Assembly (NCBI GenBank): GCA_963792215.1
Contig: CAWBVL010000004.1
Coordinates: forward strand, 46,256-110,255
Length of the DNA stretch: 64,000 bases
Origin: an uncultured Actinomycetes bacterium
GTDB lineage: Bacteria > Actinomycetota > UBA4738 > HRBIN12
Reading direction: 5' to 3'
In this document: in pieces, positions 16,292-26,611 of the stretch
How the letters are laid out: every line of letters starts with the position of its first letter
How positions within the stretch are numbered: position 1 is the stretch's first letter
Notes under the pieces: model-generated
The model's database searches: none
Told to the model about the DNA's origin: nothing
The model's input: the letters and a program-made list of their open reading frames with translations, nothing else
Made by a program: the position numbers and the translations under genes

Positions 16292-18090
16292 CCCTTGTCC
16301 TCCTCCGGCTCCTCGTCGGGGACGCTCACCGCGATCCCCATCTCGGCGAGCTGCGCCTCATCGGCGCGCGCCGGCGCCCCGGTCATCGGGTCGAGCCCGG
16401 ACTGCGCCTTCGGGAACGCGGTGACGTCACGCAGCGAGTCCTTGCCCGCCAGCACCATGATCAACCGGTCCAGGCCCATCGCCACCCCGCCGTGCGGCGG
16501 CGCTCCGTATCGGAAGGCCTTCAACACGTGCCCGAACTTCTCCTCTTGCTCCTCCGGCGAGAGGTCGAGCACATCGAACACCGCCTGCTGGACCGCGGGC
16601 TCGTGGATCCGGATCGACCCACCGCCGATCTCGAAGCCGTTCAGGATCAGGTCGTACGCGCGCGCCTTGGCCGTCTCCGGGTTGAGGTCGTCGGTGAGCG
16701 GCGCGGTGAACGGGTGATGCTCGGCGACCCACTTGTGCTCGTCGTCGCTCCATTTGAACAAGGGCGGCTCCAGGTACCAGCAGAACTCCCAGCGTCCGTT
16801 GGCGATCAGGTCCAGCCGCATAGCGAGCTCCCGGCGTAGGCCGTCGAGGGCGACGTGTACGCGGTCGGGTCGGTCGGCGACGATGCAGATCAGGTCGCCT
16901 GGCGACGCGCCGGTGCGGGCGAGCACCTCGCGCACCTCGTCCTCGTTGAGGAACTTCTCCACGGGCGAGCGGATGCCGCCGTCCTCGACCACGATCCAGA
17001 CGAGCCCGGCGGCGCCGCGGCCCTTGGCGTCCTCGACCAGCTTGTCGAGCTCCTTGCGGCTGAACGATCCGCCACCGGGGGCGCAAAGCGCTTTGATCAG
17101 TCCGCCGTCGGCCGCGACCTTCGCGAACGCGTTGAACCCCGACCCGGCGAAGAGGTCAACCAAGTTGACCAGTTCCATGCCGTACCGGAGGTCAGCCTTA
17201 TCCGAGCCGTAGCGATCGACCATCTCGTCGAACGCCATCCGACGGAACGGTATCGGCACCTCGACCCCTTGCGTCTCGGCGATGATCCGCGCGTACAGCG
17301 GCTCGATCACCGCGAAGATGTCTTCCTCGTCGACGAACGCCATCTCGATGTCGAGCTGCGTGAACTCCAGCCCGCGGTCGGCGCGCGTCGCCTCGTCGCG
17401 GAGACACTTCGCGATCTGGTAGTAGCGGTCCTGCCCGCCGACCATCAAGAGCTGCTTCAGCTGTTGCGGCGACTGGGGCAGCGCGAAGAAGCTGCCAGGC
17501 CGCACACGCGCCGGCACGAGGAAGTCGCGGGCCCCCTCAGGGGTGGCCCGCCCCAGCAGCGGCGTCTCAACGTCGACGAACCCGAGCGCGTCGAGGTGCT
17601 CGTGCATCAGACGCGTGACGTGGTGCCGGAGGCGCAGCGCGTACGTCATCTCCGGGCGACGGAGGTCCAGGTAGCGGTACTCGAGCCGGAGGTGCTCCTC
17701 GGCCTCGACCCGGTCCTCGATCAGGAACGGCGGCGTCTCGGCGCGCGAGACGATCTCCAGGCCGGTCGCCGCCACCTCGACCTCACCGGTCGCGAGCGCC
17801 GGGTTGACCATGCCCTGCGGCCGCGCACGAACCGTCCCCGTCGCGCGAACGACCCATTCCGAACGCAGGTCCTGAGCCGTCGCGTGTGCCTCGGCCGCCT
17901 CCTCAGGATGGAACACCACCTGCACGGCGCCCTCGCGGTCCCGCAGGTCGATGAAGGTGACGCCGCCGTGATCGCGCCGCCGGGCCACCCAGCCGCACAG
18001 GGTCACCTCGGTGCCTGTGTCGGCAGCGCGAAGCTCGCCGCACGCGTGGGTGCGCATCGCGGTCGCGAACATCGAGCGTTCCTCGGTCAC
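16288..18090 (-). CDS. aspS: Aspartate--tRNA ligase
   Basis: 600 aa with class IIb motifs (FIDLRDREG, YYQIAKCLRDE, GGGSIRIH, PPHGGVAMGLDRL). Confidence 0.95.
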   Translation of the reverse strand: MTEERSMFATAMRTHACGELRAADTGTEVTLCGWVARRRDHGGVTFIDLRDREGAVQVVFHPEEAAEAHATAQDLRSEWVVRATGTVRARPQGMVNPALATGEVEVAATGLEIVSRAETPPFLIEDRVEAEEHLRLEYRYLDLRRPEMTYALRLRHHVTRLMHEHLDALGFVDVETPLLGRATPEGARDFLVPARVRPGSFFALPQSPQQLKQLLMVGGQDRYYQIAKCLRDEATRADRGLEFTQLDIEMAFVDEEDIFAVIEPLYARIIAETQGVEVPIPFRRMAFDEMVDRYGSDKADLRYGMELVNLVDLFAGSGFNAFAKVAADGGLIKALCAPGGGSFSRKELDKLVEDAKGRGAAGLVWIVVEDGGIRSPVEKFLNEDEVREVLARTGASPGDLICIVADRPDRVHVALDGLRRELAMRLDLIANGRWEFCWYLEPPLFKWSDDEHKWVAEHHPFTAPLTDDLNPETAKARAYDLILNGFEIGGGSIRIHEPAVQQAVFDVLDLSPEEQEEKFGHVLKAFRYGAPPHGGVAMGLDRLIMVLAGKDSLRDVTAFPKAQSGLDPMTGAPARADEAQLAEMGIAVSVPDEEPEEDKG

Positions 18091-19364
18091 GACGGCTCCC
18101 CAGCCACATGCGCGGCGACCTCAGAGAGCGCGACGGTTTCCTGCACGCCGTTCGTGAGCCGGCGAAGCAACACCGTGCCGGCGGCGAGCTCGTCGGCGCC
18201 GATGATCGCAGCGAATCGAGCGTCGCCCTTGTCCGCCATCTTCAGCTGCGCCTTCATCGGGCGATCTTCAAACGCGGCGTCCGCGGACACACCTGCACGC
18301 CGCAGATCGGCAACGAGCGTCGACCCGGCGGCGCGCGCCTCGTCCCCGAGCGCGACGACGAAGACCGCGAGCGGGGCCTCGGCCGGTGGCACGACGCCCT
18401 CGTCGGCCAGCGCGAGCAGGACCCGCTCGAGGCCCATCCCGAAACCGACACCCGGCACCCTCGGTCCTCCCAGCGCTTCCGCGAGTCCGTCGTACCGGCC
18501 ACCGGCGAACAACGTTGACTGTTGCTGGTTGCCCCCGTCTTGGAGGGCATCGGACACGAACTCGAACGCCGTACGCGTGTAGTAGTCGAGGCCGCGCACA
18601 AGTGTTGGCGTGAGCAGCGTTTCGATCCCCGCTGCCGCCAGTCCGTCGCGGACGGCGTCGAAAGCGGCTCGGCAGTCATCGCAGAGATGGTCGATCATCG
18701 CTGGAGCGCCCTTCGCGACCGCCCGACAGGCCTCGTCCTTGCAGTCGAGCACCCGCAGTGGATTGTCCTCGAACCGGTCCTTGTGCTCGTCGCGCAACTC
18801 GTCGCGGTGCGCGCGGAAGTAGTCGACCAGCGTCTCGCGGTACGCGGGTCGGCACGTCTCGTCGCCCAGCGAGTTGACCTCGACGTGGTATCGCGTCATG
18901 CCGAGCGACCGCAGGAGCGCGTCGCCCACCGCCATGACCTCGACGTCCGCGCGGGGCGCGTCGGTCCCGAGGATCTCGACGCCGAACTGGCGGTGTTCCC
19001 GGTACCGACCGGCTTGGGGGCGGCTGTATCGGTACATCCGGGTCAGGTAGTACGCCTTGAAGGGAACGCCCAAGCGTTGCCGATCTCCCAGATATGCGCG
19101 AACCACCGGCGCCGTTCCCTCAGGACGAAGCGTCAACGACCGGTCACCGCGATCCGTGAACGTGTACATCTCCTTGCTCACGATGTCGCTCGTCGTGCCC
19201 GATGTGCGCACGAAGACCTCGGTGGCTTCGAATCCCGGCGTCTCCACGTATCGGAACCCGTGCAGCCGCGCGATCTCGGCGGCCCGGTCGTAGAGCGCGC
19301 GCATCACACCGCCGTCGGGCGGCAGCAGGTCGCGCGTGCCCCTGCTCGGCGCGAAGTCGCTCAT
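18087..19364 (-). CDS. hisS: Histidine--tRNA ligase
   Basis: Starts at MSDFAPSRGTRDLLP (ATG 19364, a 4-nt overlap with the upstream stop). Motifs RPEGTAPVVR, YRYSRPQAGRYREHRQFG, GGGRYDGL. The track start at 19586 is an out-of-gene extension. Confidence 0.95.
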   Translation of the reverse strand: MSDFAPSRGTRDLLPPDGGVMRALYDRAAEIARLHGFRYVETPGFEATEVFVRTSGTTSDIVSKEMYTFTDRGDRSLTLRPEGTAPVVRAYLGDRQRLGVPFKAYYLTRMYRYSRPQAGRYREHRQFGVEILGTDAPRADVEVMAVGDALLRSLGMTRYHVEVNSLGDETCRPAYRETLVDYFRAHRDELRDEHKDRFEDNPLRVLDCKDEACRAVAKGAPAMIDHLCDDCRAAFDAVRDGLAAAGIETLLTPTLVRGLDYYTRTAFEFVSDALQDGGNQQQSTLFAGGRYDGLAEALGGPRVPGVGFGMGLERVLLALADEGVVPPAEAPLAVFVVALGDEARAAGSTLVADLRRAGVSADAAFEDRPMKAQLKMADKGDARFAAIIGADELAAGTVLLRRLTNGVQETVALSEVAAHVAGEPS

Positions 19365-19984
19365 CCCGCCTCCCGCAGGAACGGGTTGGAGGTGCGCTCG
19401 GCACCGACCGTGGTCTCGGCACCGTGTCCAGGGAGGACTCGTGTCGTGTCGGGCAGTGTGAGGAAGCGGATCAGCGACTGCCGCATCGCGGCGGGATCGG
19501 AGTTCGCGAAGTCCGAGCGGCCGATGGTGCCGGCGAACACCAGATCGCCGGACAGCAGCACGACCTCGTCCTCGAGCCGGAAGCACGCAGACCCCGGCGT
19601 GTGTCCGGGCGTGTGCAGAACCTCGAGCGTCAGGCCGGCAAGCCGAAGGATGTCTCCGTCGACGAAGGTCCGCAGGTCACCGACCTGATCGAGCTGGACC
19701 GCGCTTCCCCCGCCCCATGCCGGGTAGTCCGTGAACGCGGGCACGTCGTCGGGGTGGATATAGACAGGCAGATCCGCCGCGAACGTCCCAGCCGCGCCGG
19801 CGTGATCGAAGTGCGCGTGGGTCAACAGGACGGCGGCCGGGCGCTTGCCTGCCGCCTCGAGCATCGCGTGGACAGCCTCCGGCTCGAACCCTGGATCGAT
19901 GACCACCGCCTCGTCGCCGGCCTCGCCAGACAGCAGCCAGCAGTTGGTGCCGTACGGGTTGCGGTCGAAGACGTCCAGGTACAT
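19361..19984 (-). CDS. MBL-fold metallo-hydrolase
   Basis: HAHFDH motif within LLTHAHFDHAGAA. 207 aa, glyoxalase II-like. Confidence 0.85.
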   Translation of the reverse strand: MYLDVFDRNPYGTNCWLLSGEAGDEAVVIDPGFEPEAVHAMLEAAGKRPAAVLLTHAHFDHAGAAGTFAADLPVYIHPDDVPAFTDYPAWGGGSAVQLDQVGDLRTFVDGDILRLAGLTLEVLHTPGHTPGSACFRLEDEVVLLSGDLVFAGTIGRSDFANSDPAAMRQSLIRFLTLPDTTRVLPGHGAETTVGAERTSNPFLREAG

Positions 19985-20021
19985 GAGGCGGTCATGCTAC
20001 CGGAGGGGCCCGAGGCGCCCG

Positions 20022-20468
20022 CTACGGCGCGCGGGTGTCGAACAGCACCGTGAAGGGGCCGTCGTTCAGCAGGTCGATCGCCATCTCGGCCCCGAACACG
20101 CCGCGGCCGACGCGAACGCCCCCCGCCTCGAGCTGGGCGGCCAGATGCTCCACCAGTTCCGCCGCCCGGCCAGGCTCGGCTGCGCCGAGGAACGACGGCC
20201 GACGGCCCTTCCGCGTGTCGGCGAACAGCGTGAACTGCGACACCACGAGCGCCTCCCCACCGACGGCGGCCAGATCCTCGTTCGTCTTCCCGTCGGCGTC
20301 GCGGAAGATCCGCAGGCCCACGATCTTGGTTGCCAGCTGCTCGGCATCGGCCTCGGTGTCCTCGTGCCCGACCCCCACCAACAGCAGATACCCCGGGCCG
20401 ATCGAGGACACCTCGGCGCCGTCCACCGCCACCGACGCGCGGCGGACGCGCTGCAGCACCACCCGCAC
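20022..20468 (-). CDS. dtd: D-aminoacyl-tRNA deacylase
   Basis: MRVVLQRV...SQFTLFADTRKGRRPSF is the Dtd signature. 148 aa. Confidence 0.9.
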   Translation of the reverse strand: MRVVLQRVRRASVAVDGAEVSSIGPGYLLLVGVGHEDTEADAEQLATKIVGLRIFRDADGKTNEDLAAVGGEALVVSQFTLFADTRKGRRPSFLGAAEPGRAAELVEHLAAQLEAGGVRVGRGVFGAEMAIDLLNDGPFTVLFDTRAP

Positions 20469-22729
20469 TAGCTGGGGACCACCCGGTATGCGTCGTAGAC
20501 GCCATCGACCCGCTTGACCGCGGCCAGGATCGAAGACAGGTGCGTGATGTCGGCAAGCTCGAACGCGAACCGCAGGCGGGTGATCCGATCCCGACCCGTC
20601 GACGAGTTGGCCGACAGGATGTTCACGTGCTGATCGGACAGGAGGGTGGCGATGTCGGACAGCAGTCGCGTGCGGTCAAGCGCCTCGACTTGGATCGCGA
20701 CCACGAAGGAGGTCGGCTTCCCGCCCGACCAGGACACCTCGATCATGCGCTCGGGCTCCCGACGAAGCGTCTTCACGTTGGGGCAGTCGGCGCGATGCAC
20801 ACTGACGCCCTGGCCGCGCGTCACGAACCCGACGATGTCGTCGCCGGGCACCGGTGTGCAGCACCGCCCGAGCCGGACCCAGACGTCGCCCAACCCCTTG
20901 ACCATGACGCCCTGCGCGACGTGGTCGGGCCTCGCGATCTTGACCGGCCGCGCGAGCGGAACATCGTCGGTGGCGTCCTCGTCGCTCGTTCCGGCGATCA
21001 GGCGTGACAGGCGCGCCACGATCGACTGCGGCGACACATGGCCCTCGCCGACCGCGACGTACAGCGCGTCGAGGTCCGGGTACTTGAGATCGGTCGCGAT
21101 CTGCTCCATCGCGTCTTCGGTCGCGAGACGCTTGAACGGCAGGTTCTGCTTGCGCATCTGTCGCTGCAACAGGTCACGCCCTTGGTCGAGCGCGTCCTCG
21201 CGGCGTCCGCGCGCGAACCACTGCCGGATCTTGTTGCGCGCGCGCGGTGTCTGGACGAACTGCAGCCAGTCCTGGCTGGGCCCTTCACCCTGCGCCTTCG
21301 AGGTCAAGATCTCGACCGAGTCGCCGGTTCGCAACTCGTAGTCGAGCGGCACGAGCTTGCCGTTCACCTTGGCGCCGATCGTGCGATGCCCGACCTCCGT
21401 GTGGATCGTGTAGGCGAAGTCGACCGGCGTGGCGCCTTGCGGCAGGTTGGTCACGTCGCCCTTCGGAGTGAACACGAAGACGCGGCCCCCCGACAGGTCG
21501 ATCCGCAGGCCCTCCATGAACTCGCGGGGGTCGGCCATGTCCTTCAGCCACTCCATCATCTGACCGAGCCAGGCGAGGTCCGCGTCCTCCTTCTGCTTGC
21601 CCTCCTTGTAGCGCCAGTGCGCCGCGATCCCGTACTGCGCGGTCCGGTGCATGTCGCGTGTGCGGATCTGGATCTCGATCGGGCGTCCCTCGGGACCGAC
21701 CACCGTGGTGTGCAGCGACTGGTACATGTTGGCCTTGGGCATCGCGACGTAGTCCTTGAAGCGGCCCGGCACGGGCTTCCACAGCGCGTGCACCGCGCCG
21801 AGTGCCGCGTAACAGTCCTTCATCGACTCGACCTGGATCCGGACCCCGACGAGGTCGTAGATCTCCTCGAAGTCCTTGCCGCGGATCACCATCTTTTCGT
21901 AGATGGAATAGAGGTGCTTCGGGCGGCCGTCGACGTCGGCCTTGATGCCGAGCTCCTTGAGCTTCTGGCGAAGCGTCTCTGTGAGCTCCTTGATCCGGCG
22001 GGTGCGCTCGTCGCGCCGCGTCTCGACCAGCTGCGCGATCTCCTTGTACGGACCGGGGTGCAGCGTCTTGAAGGCGAGATCCTCGAGCTCCCACTTGACC
22101 TCCTGGACACCGAGGCGGTTCGCGAGCGGCGCGTAGATCTCGAGGGTTTCCGTCGCGACGCGGCGCTGCTTCGCCGGCGCGAGCGCGCTCAGCGTGCGCA
22201 TGTTGTGCAGCCGGTCCGCGAGCTTGATCAACAGCACGCGGATGTCGCCGGCCATCGCGACGATCATCTTGCGGACGTTCTCCGCCTGGGCCAGCTCGCG
22301 CGTCTGGAACTGGAGCTTGTCGAGCTTGGTCAAGCCGTCGACGATCTCGGCGACGTCCTCACCGAACTCCGTCTGGATCGTTTCCAGTGACACGGTCGTG
22401 TCCTCGACGGTGTCGTGGAGCAGGCCTGCCTCGAGCGTCGTCGTGTCGAGGCGGAGGTCGGCGAGGATCTGCGCGACCGCGAGCGGGTGCTCGATGAACG
22501 GCTCCCCGGACAGACGGCGCTGACCGGAGTGGGCCGCCTCCGCCGTTTGATACGCGGCCTCGAGGGCCTTCAAGTCGCCCTTCGGGTTATACGAGCGAAC
22601 CTTCCGCTGAAGTGCGTCGAACCCGGTCGGCTCGGAATCGGAGCGACGACGGCGCGGCAGCGGTAGCCTGCCGCCGCGCCGGGCGGGAGGCTGAGCGGTG
22701 CCAACGGTGACGTCGTCGCGAGTATCCAC
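20468..22729 (-). CDS. relA: Bifunctional (p)ppGpp synthetase/hydrolase (RelA/SpoT family)
   Basis: HD hydrolase block (HSGQRRLSGEPFIEHPL...LLHDTVEDT), synthetase block (YRSLHTTV), then TGS and ACT regions. The start is set at GTG 22729, just downstream of apt. The track's 1027-aa ORF includes about 274 aa that overlap apt in another frame. Confidence 0.9.
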   Translation of the reverse strand: MDTRDDVTVGTAQPPARRGGRLPLPRRRRSDSEPTGFDALQRKVRSYNPKGDLKALEAAYQTAEAAHSGQRRLSGEPFIEHPLAVAQILADLRLDTTTLEAGLLHDTVEDTTVSLETIQTEFGEDVAEIVDGLTKLDKLQFQTRELAQAENVRKMIVAMAGDIRVLLIKLADRLHNMRTLSALAPAKQRRVATETLEIYAPLANRLGVQEVKWELEDLAFKTLHPGPYKEIAQLVETRRDERTRRIKELTETLRQKLKELGIKADVDGRPKHLYSIYEKMVIRGKDFEEIYDLVGVRIQVESMKDCYAALGAVHALWKPVPGRFKDYVAMPKANMYQSLHTTVVGPEGRPIEIQIRTRDMHRTAQYGIAAHWRYKEGKQKEDADLAWLGQMMEWLKDMADPREFMEGLRIDLSGGRVFVFTPKGDVTNLPQGATPVDFAYTIHTEVGHRTIGAKVNGKLVPLDYELRTGDSVEILTSKAQGEGPSQDWLQFVQTPRARNKIRQWFARGRREDALDQGRDLLQRQMRKQNLPFKRLATEDAMEQIATDLKYPDLDALYVAVGEGHVSPQSIVARLSRLIAGTSDEDATDDVPLARPVKIARPDHVAQGVMVKGLGDVWVRLGRCCTPVPGDDIVGFVTRGQGVSVHRADCPNVKTLRREPERMIEVSWSGGKPTSFVVAIQVEALDRTRLLSDIATLLSDQHVNILSANSSTGRDRITRLRFAFELADITHLSSILAAVKRVDGVYDAYRVVPS

Positions 22730-22770
22730 GCCTGTGGTCAGTGTACGGCCGACCCGCTGCGCTCCCGCGA

Positions 22771-23292
22771 TCAGTACTGGATCAGTGTGAAGAGGTCGTA
22801 GCCCTGGAGCTTGTCGCGACCCTTGAGGAACTGGAGCTCGATCAGGGTCGCGATGCCGCAGACCTTGCCGCCGACCCGCTCGACCAGGCTGGCGGCGGCC
22901 TTCGCCGTGCCACCGGTCGCGAGCACGTCGTCGACGACCAAGACCCGCTCCCCCGCCTGTACGGCGTCCTTGTGGATCTCGAGCGAGGCCGTGCCGTACT
23001 CCAGCGCGTAGGACTCCTCGAGCGTCTCGTGCGGCAGCTTGCCCTTCTTGCGGACCGGGATGATGCCGGCGCCGAAGTGGTATGCGACCGGCGCGCCGAG
23101 GATGAACCCGCGGGCTTCGATCCCGACCACCTTGTCGACGTTGCCGCGGCCGAAGTGCACGACGATCAGGTCGATGATCGTCGAGAAGGCGATGGGGTCG
23201 GCCAACACGGGCGTGATGTCTTTGAACACGATGCCCGGCTCGGGGAAGTCGGGGACGTCGCGGATCAACGCTTCGATCTGCTCGATCTGCAC
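22771..23292 (-). CDS. apt: Adenine phosphoribosyltransferase
   Basis: FPEPGIVFKDITP and VLVVDDVLATGGTA PRPP-binding motifs. 173 aa. Confidence 0.95.
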   Translation of the reverse strand: MQIEQIEALIRDVPDFPEPGIVFKDITPVLADPIAFSTIIDLIVVHFGRGNVDKVVGIEARGFILGAPVAYHFGAGIIPVRKKGKLPHETLEESYALEYGTASLEIHKDAVQAGERVLVVDDVLATGGTAKAAASLVERVGGKVCGIATLIELQFLKGRDKLQGYDLFTLIQY

Positions 23293-23294
23293 GG

Positions 23295-24380
23295 CTACCT
23301 CCGTTTGCGCTTCTTCGGCTGACCCTTCTTGTTGCGAGGCTTCGGCTTGGGCCGGGGGCGCGACGCCATCGCGGCTGTCGCGCCCGTCGCCGCGGCGTCG
23401 TCGGCCGCCGCGATCGCCGGCTGGGCGGCGGGTCCGCGTATGGCGGCACGGGTCGGCTGCGCGACCTTGCCCCGGTTGACCTGGCGTTCGTGGATGATCG
23501 TGAGCACGGGCGCCGCGATGAAGATCGAGGAGTACGCACCGATCGCCACACCGACGAACATCGCGAACGCGAAGTCCTTCAACGTCTGCCCGCCGAACAA
23601 CAGCAGCGACAGGATCGGCAACAGCACGACGAGCGACGTGTTCACCGACCGCATCACGGTTTGGTTCAGCGACATGTCGACGACCCCGACGTAGCCCAGT
23701 CGCGCCGTGAGCGCCGCCGACTCGGTGTTCTCCTTGATCTTGTCGTAGATCACCACGGTGTCATACAGAGAGAAACCTAAGATCGTGAGGATCGCGATCA
23801 CCGTTTCCGGCGTGACCTCCCGGCCGACCAGGGCGTAGATGCCTGCCGTGATCAAGACGTCGTGGACCAATGCGATCATCGCGCCGGCCGCCATCGACCA
23901 CTCGAACCGCCAGGCGATGTAGATCCCGATGAACAGCAAGACGAACAGCAAGCCTCTGATCGCCTTGCGTGAGATCTCCTGCCCCCACGTCGGCCCGATG
24001 TCCTGGACGTTGACCTCCTCGGGCGAGATCTTGGCCTGGCTCGCGAGGTCGTTGATCAGCGGCTGGCGATCCGTCGTGAGCGCATCGGTCCGGATCGACA
24101 CCTGTTGGCCGCCAGACACCAGCTGGATCTCGCCCTGCAGTTTGTACTTGTCGAGCACGGTCTGGATCTGGTCGGCCGTGACTGTGGTGCTCGGCGAGTA
24201 GTTGAGCTCGGCGCCTCCCACGAAGTCGATCGAGAAGTGGAACCCGTTCACGATGATCCCGATCAGCGACAACGCGATCAGGATGCCCGAGAAGATGAAC
24301 CACCACCTGCGGTGCTCGATGAGCTGCAGGTGCGGGACGCGGTAGCCCCGGTAGACGGCGTAGGCGCTCTTCACGCTCAC
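23295..24380 (-). CDS. secF: Protein translocase subunit SecF
   Basis: SecF TM core (ILTILGFSLYDTVVIYDKIKEN). Basic C-terminal tail. Confidence 0.9.
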   Translation of the reverse strand: MSVKSAYAVYRGYRVPHLQLIEHRRWWFIFSGILIALSLIGIIVNGFHFSIDFVGGAELNYSPSTTVTADQIQTVLDKYKLQGEIQLVSGGQQVSIRTDALTTDRQPLINDLASQAKISPEEVNVQDIGPTWGQEISRKAIRGLLFVLLFIGIYIAWRFEWSMAAGAMIALVHDVLITAGIYALVGREVTPETVIAILTILGFSLYDTVVIYDKIKENTESAALTARLGYVGVVDMSLNQTVMRSVNTSLVVLLPILSLLLFGGQTLKDFAFAMFVGVAIGAYSSIFIAAPVLTIIHERQVNRGKVAQPTRAAIRGPAAQPAIAAADDAAATGATAAMASRPRPKPKPRNKKGQPKKRKRR

Positions 24381-26611
24381 GACCCGCCCTCCACCTGCTG
24401 CTCCTGCTCGATGTGATCGGCGCCGGTCGCCGAGACGAGTCCGAAACCGCGGAGCGTCGACAAGCGCTTGCTCCGCGCGATCAAGAACACCGTCGGCCGC
24501 TTGAAGAAGTAGACGACGGCGAGGTCAAGGGCGGTCGCAACGCCAAGCGTGAGCGCGAACCCACGTACCGAGCTAACCGCCGTGAAATACAGGACGGCGG
24601 CCGCGATGCCGGTCACGATGTCCGCCGCCACGATCGTCTTGAACGCGCGCTGGAATGCCGGCTGCACCGCTGTTCGAGGTGAGCGGCCGGCACGCACCTC
24701 GTCTTTCAATCGCTCGAAGAACACGATGTAGGAGTCGGCCGTCACCCCGAGCGAGATCACCAACCCGGCGACGCCGGCAAGCGTCAACGCATAGCCGAAG
24801 CTGCGGCCCGCCAACGAGATCAGCGCGATCGCCGAGATCGCCCAGATCGTCATGCCGAACCAGGCGACGATGCCGAGCAGCCGGTAATAGAAGAGCAGGT
24901 ACAGGAACAGGAGGATCAGACCCGCCGCGCCGGCGATGATGCCCTCCTTCAGGGAGGTCGTGCCGAGCGTCGGGCTCACCGTCCGGACCGACTGCTGCGT
25001 CAGGTTCACCGGCAGCGATCCGGCGTTCAAGATCGCCGCCAGGTTCTTCGCGTCACTCTCCGTGAAGCTTCCGGTGATCTGGCCACGCCCGGCAGTGATC
25101 GGCGACTGCACGACCGGGTTCGAGATGATGGTGTGGTCGACCGCGATCGCGATCTGGTTCTGCGGAGGCTGCGCGTTGACGGCCTCTCGTGTCGCCGTCG
25201 CGAACGCGGCCGTGCCCTGGCTGTCCAGCACGAAGTTGATCACCCACTCCGCTACCGATTGGCTCGACCCCGAGAGCGAAGCGGTGGCGCTCGTGATGTT
25301 TGCGCCGGTGATCACGACCGGTCCAAGGTGGACGTAATCACCGTTCTTGTCCGGATACCAGACATCGGTCGCGTCGTTGGCGCCACCTTGGCACTGTTTG
25401 GTCTCAGCCTCGGACGGCGGGCACGTCAACGTGATCGATCGATACTGCGGATCGCTCGGTGTCACGATCTGGAGCGTCGGCCGCTCCTCGAGACGTGCGG
25501 TCTTGCCGATCAGCTGGAGCAGGCTCTCCTGGCCGGTCTCACGCTGACGCTGCGCGGCAGCGTCCTGCGACGTGTAGCACCCCAGGTTCTGACCTTGGGA
25601 ACTGACGACGCAGTACTGCGTCGTGATGTGCTGGACGGACAACGCGTCGAGCCCCGCCTGGGCGTCCTTCTGGGATGTGTAATCGCACGGAAGCGTCGAA
25701 GAACCGCTCGTGTCGAGCGCCGCATAGGCGGTCTCGGCGGGCGAGGGCTTCGGACTGATGCTCGGAGACGCGCTCGAGCCCGGCGCGGGGGTGGACGTTG
25801 GCTTCGCCTTTCCGCCCGGCGTGGGCGTCGGCGTCGGCGTCGAGCTCGGCGTGGCGCTTGCGCTCGTCGAGGTTCCGGGCGCGCTGATACACCACGAGGT
25901 CTTCGTGACCTTCGTCGTCAACGACTTGTACGCGGCCTGCGCGGATGCGTAATCGGCGTAGCACTTCAGCGGCTTGTTCGAGAGGTCGGTCAGACAGTAC
26001 TGGCCGAGCTTGGATCCCGGTCCCTGCGATGACGTCGGATTCGCCGACGGAGACACGTTCCCGCTCGGCGACGCCGAGGCGGATGCCGAAGGAGAGGTCT
26101 TCGGCGTGGGCGTGATGCCTTGCTTCGCGGCGTCCGCCGCGCTCTGGGACGTGTAGCACACGAGCTGGGCCTTGCCGGCGAAGATGCAGACCTGACTGTC
26201 CTGCGAGGTGACCGTGAAGCCCTTGAGCGCGGTGGTCGGCGTCTTGGATTCGTTCGAACAACCGTACGTCGACCCCTTCGGGTCGGCGATGCACTGCAGG
26301 TCGACCGCTTGTTGCTGGATCTTGCTGTCGGACAGTCCCGGGATCTGGACCTCGATGGTGTTGCCGGACAACGCGATGTTGGGCTCGCCGACGCCGAACG
26401 CGTCGACGCGGCTGCGGATGTTCTCGAGCGCCTGCTGCATGGTGTCGGCCGGCGTCCCGTCGGGCGCCGACAGGATCACCGAGACACCGCCCTTGAGGTC
26501 CAGGCCGAGCGTCGGCTCGAGGCGACCGGTCGCGAACGCGGCGACCGACAGTGCGACCACCACCACGACGACGATGATCGAGACCCACAGGCTCTTGCCG
26601 GAGCGCTTCAT
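24377..26611 (-). CDS. secD: Protein translocase subunit SecD, with a ~265-aa Ser/Pro/Thr- and Cys-containing insertion
   Basis: Starts at MKRSGKSLWVSIIVVVVVV (ATG 26611, an ATGA overlap with the upstream gene stop). SecD blocks LGLDLKGGVSV and GIVAWFGMTIWAISAIALISLAG. The track fuses it to the upstream HD gene because of a frame coincidence. Confidence 0.9.
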   Translation of the reverse strand: MKRSGKSLWVSIIVVVVVVALSVAAFATGRLEPTLGLDLKGGVSVILSAPDGTPADTMQQALENIRSRVDAFGVGEPNIALSGNTIEVQIPGLSDSKIQQQAVDLQCIADPKGSTYGCSNESKTPTTALKGFTVTSQDSQVCIFAGKAQLVCYTSQSAADAAKQGITPTPKTSPSASASASPSGNVSPSANPTSSQGPGSKLGQYCLTDLSNKPLKCYADYASAQAAYKSLTTKVTKTSWCISAPGTSTSASATPSSTPTPTPTPGGKAKPTSTPAPGSSASPSISPKPSPAETAYAALDTSGSSTLPCDYTSQKDAQAGLDALSVQHITTQYCVVSSQGQNLGCYTSQDAAAQRQRETGQESLLQLIGKTARLEERPTLQIVTPSDPQYRSITLTCPPSEAETKQCQGGANDATDVWYPDKNGDYVHLGPVVITGANITSATASLSGSSQSVAEWVINFVLDSQGTAAFATATREAVNAQPPQNQIAIAVDHTIISNPVVQSPITAGRGQITGSFTESDAKNLAAILNAGSLPVNLTQQSVRTVSPTLGTTSLKEGIIAGAAGLILLFLYLLFYYRLLGIVAWFGMTIWAISAIALISLAGRSFGYALTLAGVAGLVISLGVTADSYIVFFERLKDEVRAGRSPRTAVQPAFQRAFKTIVAADIVTGIAAAVLYFTAVSSVRGFALTLGVATALDLAVVYFFKRPTVFLIARSKRLSTLRGFGLVSATGADHIEQEQQVEGGS

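Noticed and set aside
16855-18582. 575-aa plus-strand ORF
   Set aside because: It is antisense to aspS and hisS. No motifs; a shadow frame.
22730-23551. N-terminal 274 aa of the 1027-aa relA track ORF
   Set aside because: It overlaps apt and the end of secF in a different frame and is Arg/Pro-rich. RelA homology starts only after the GTG at 22729.
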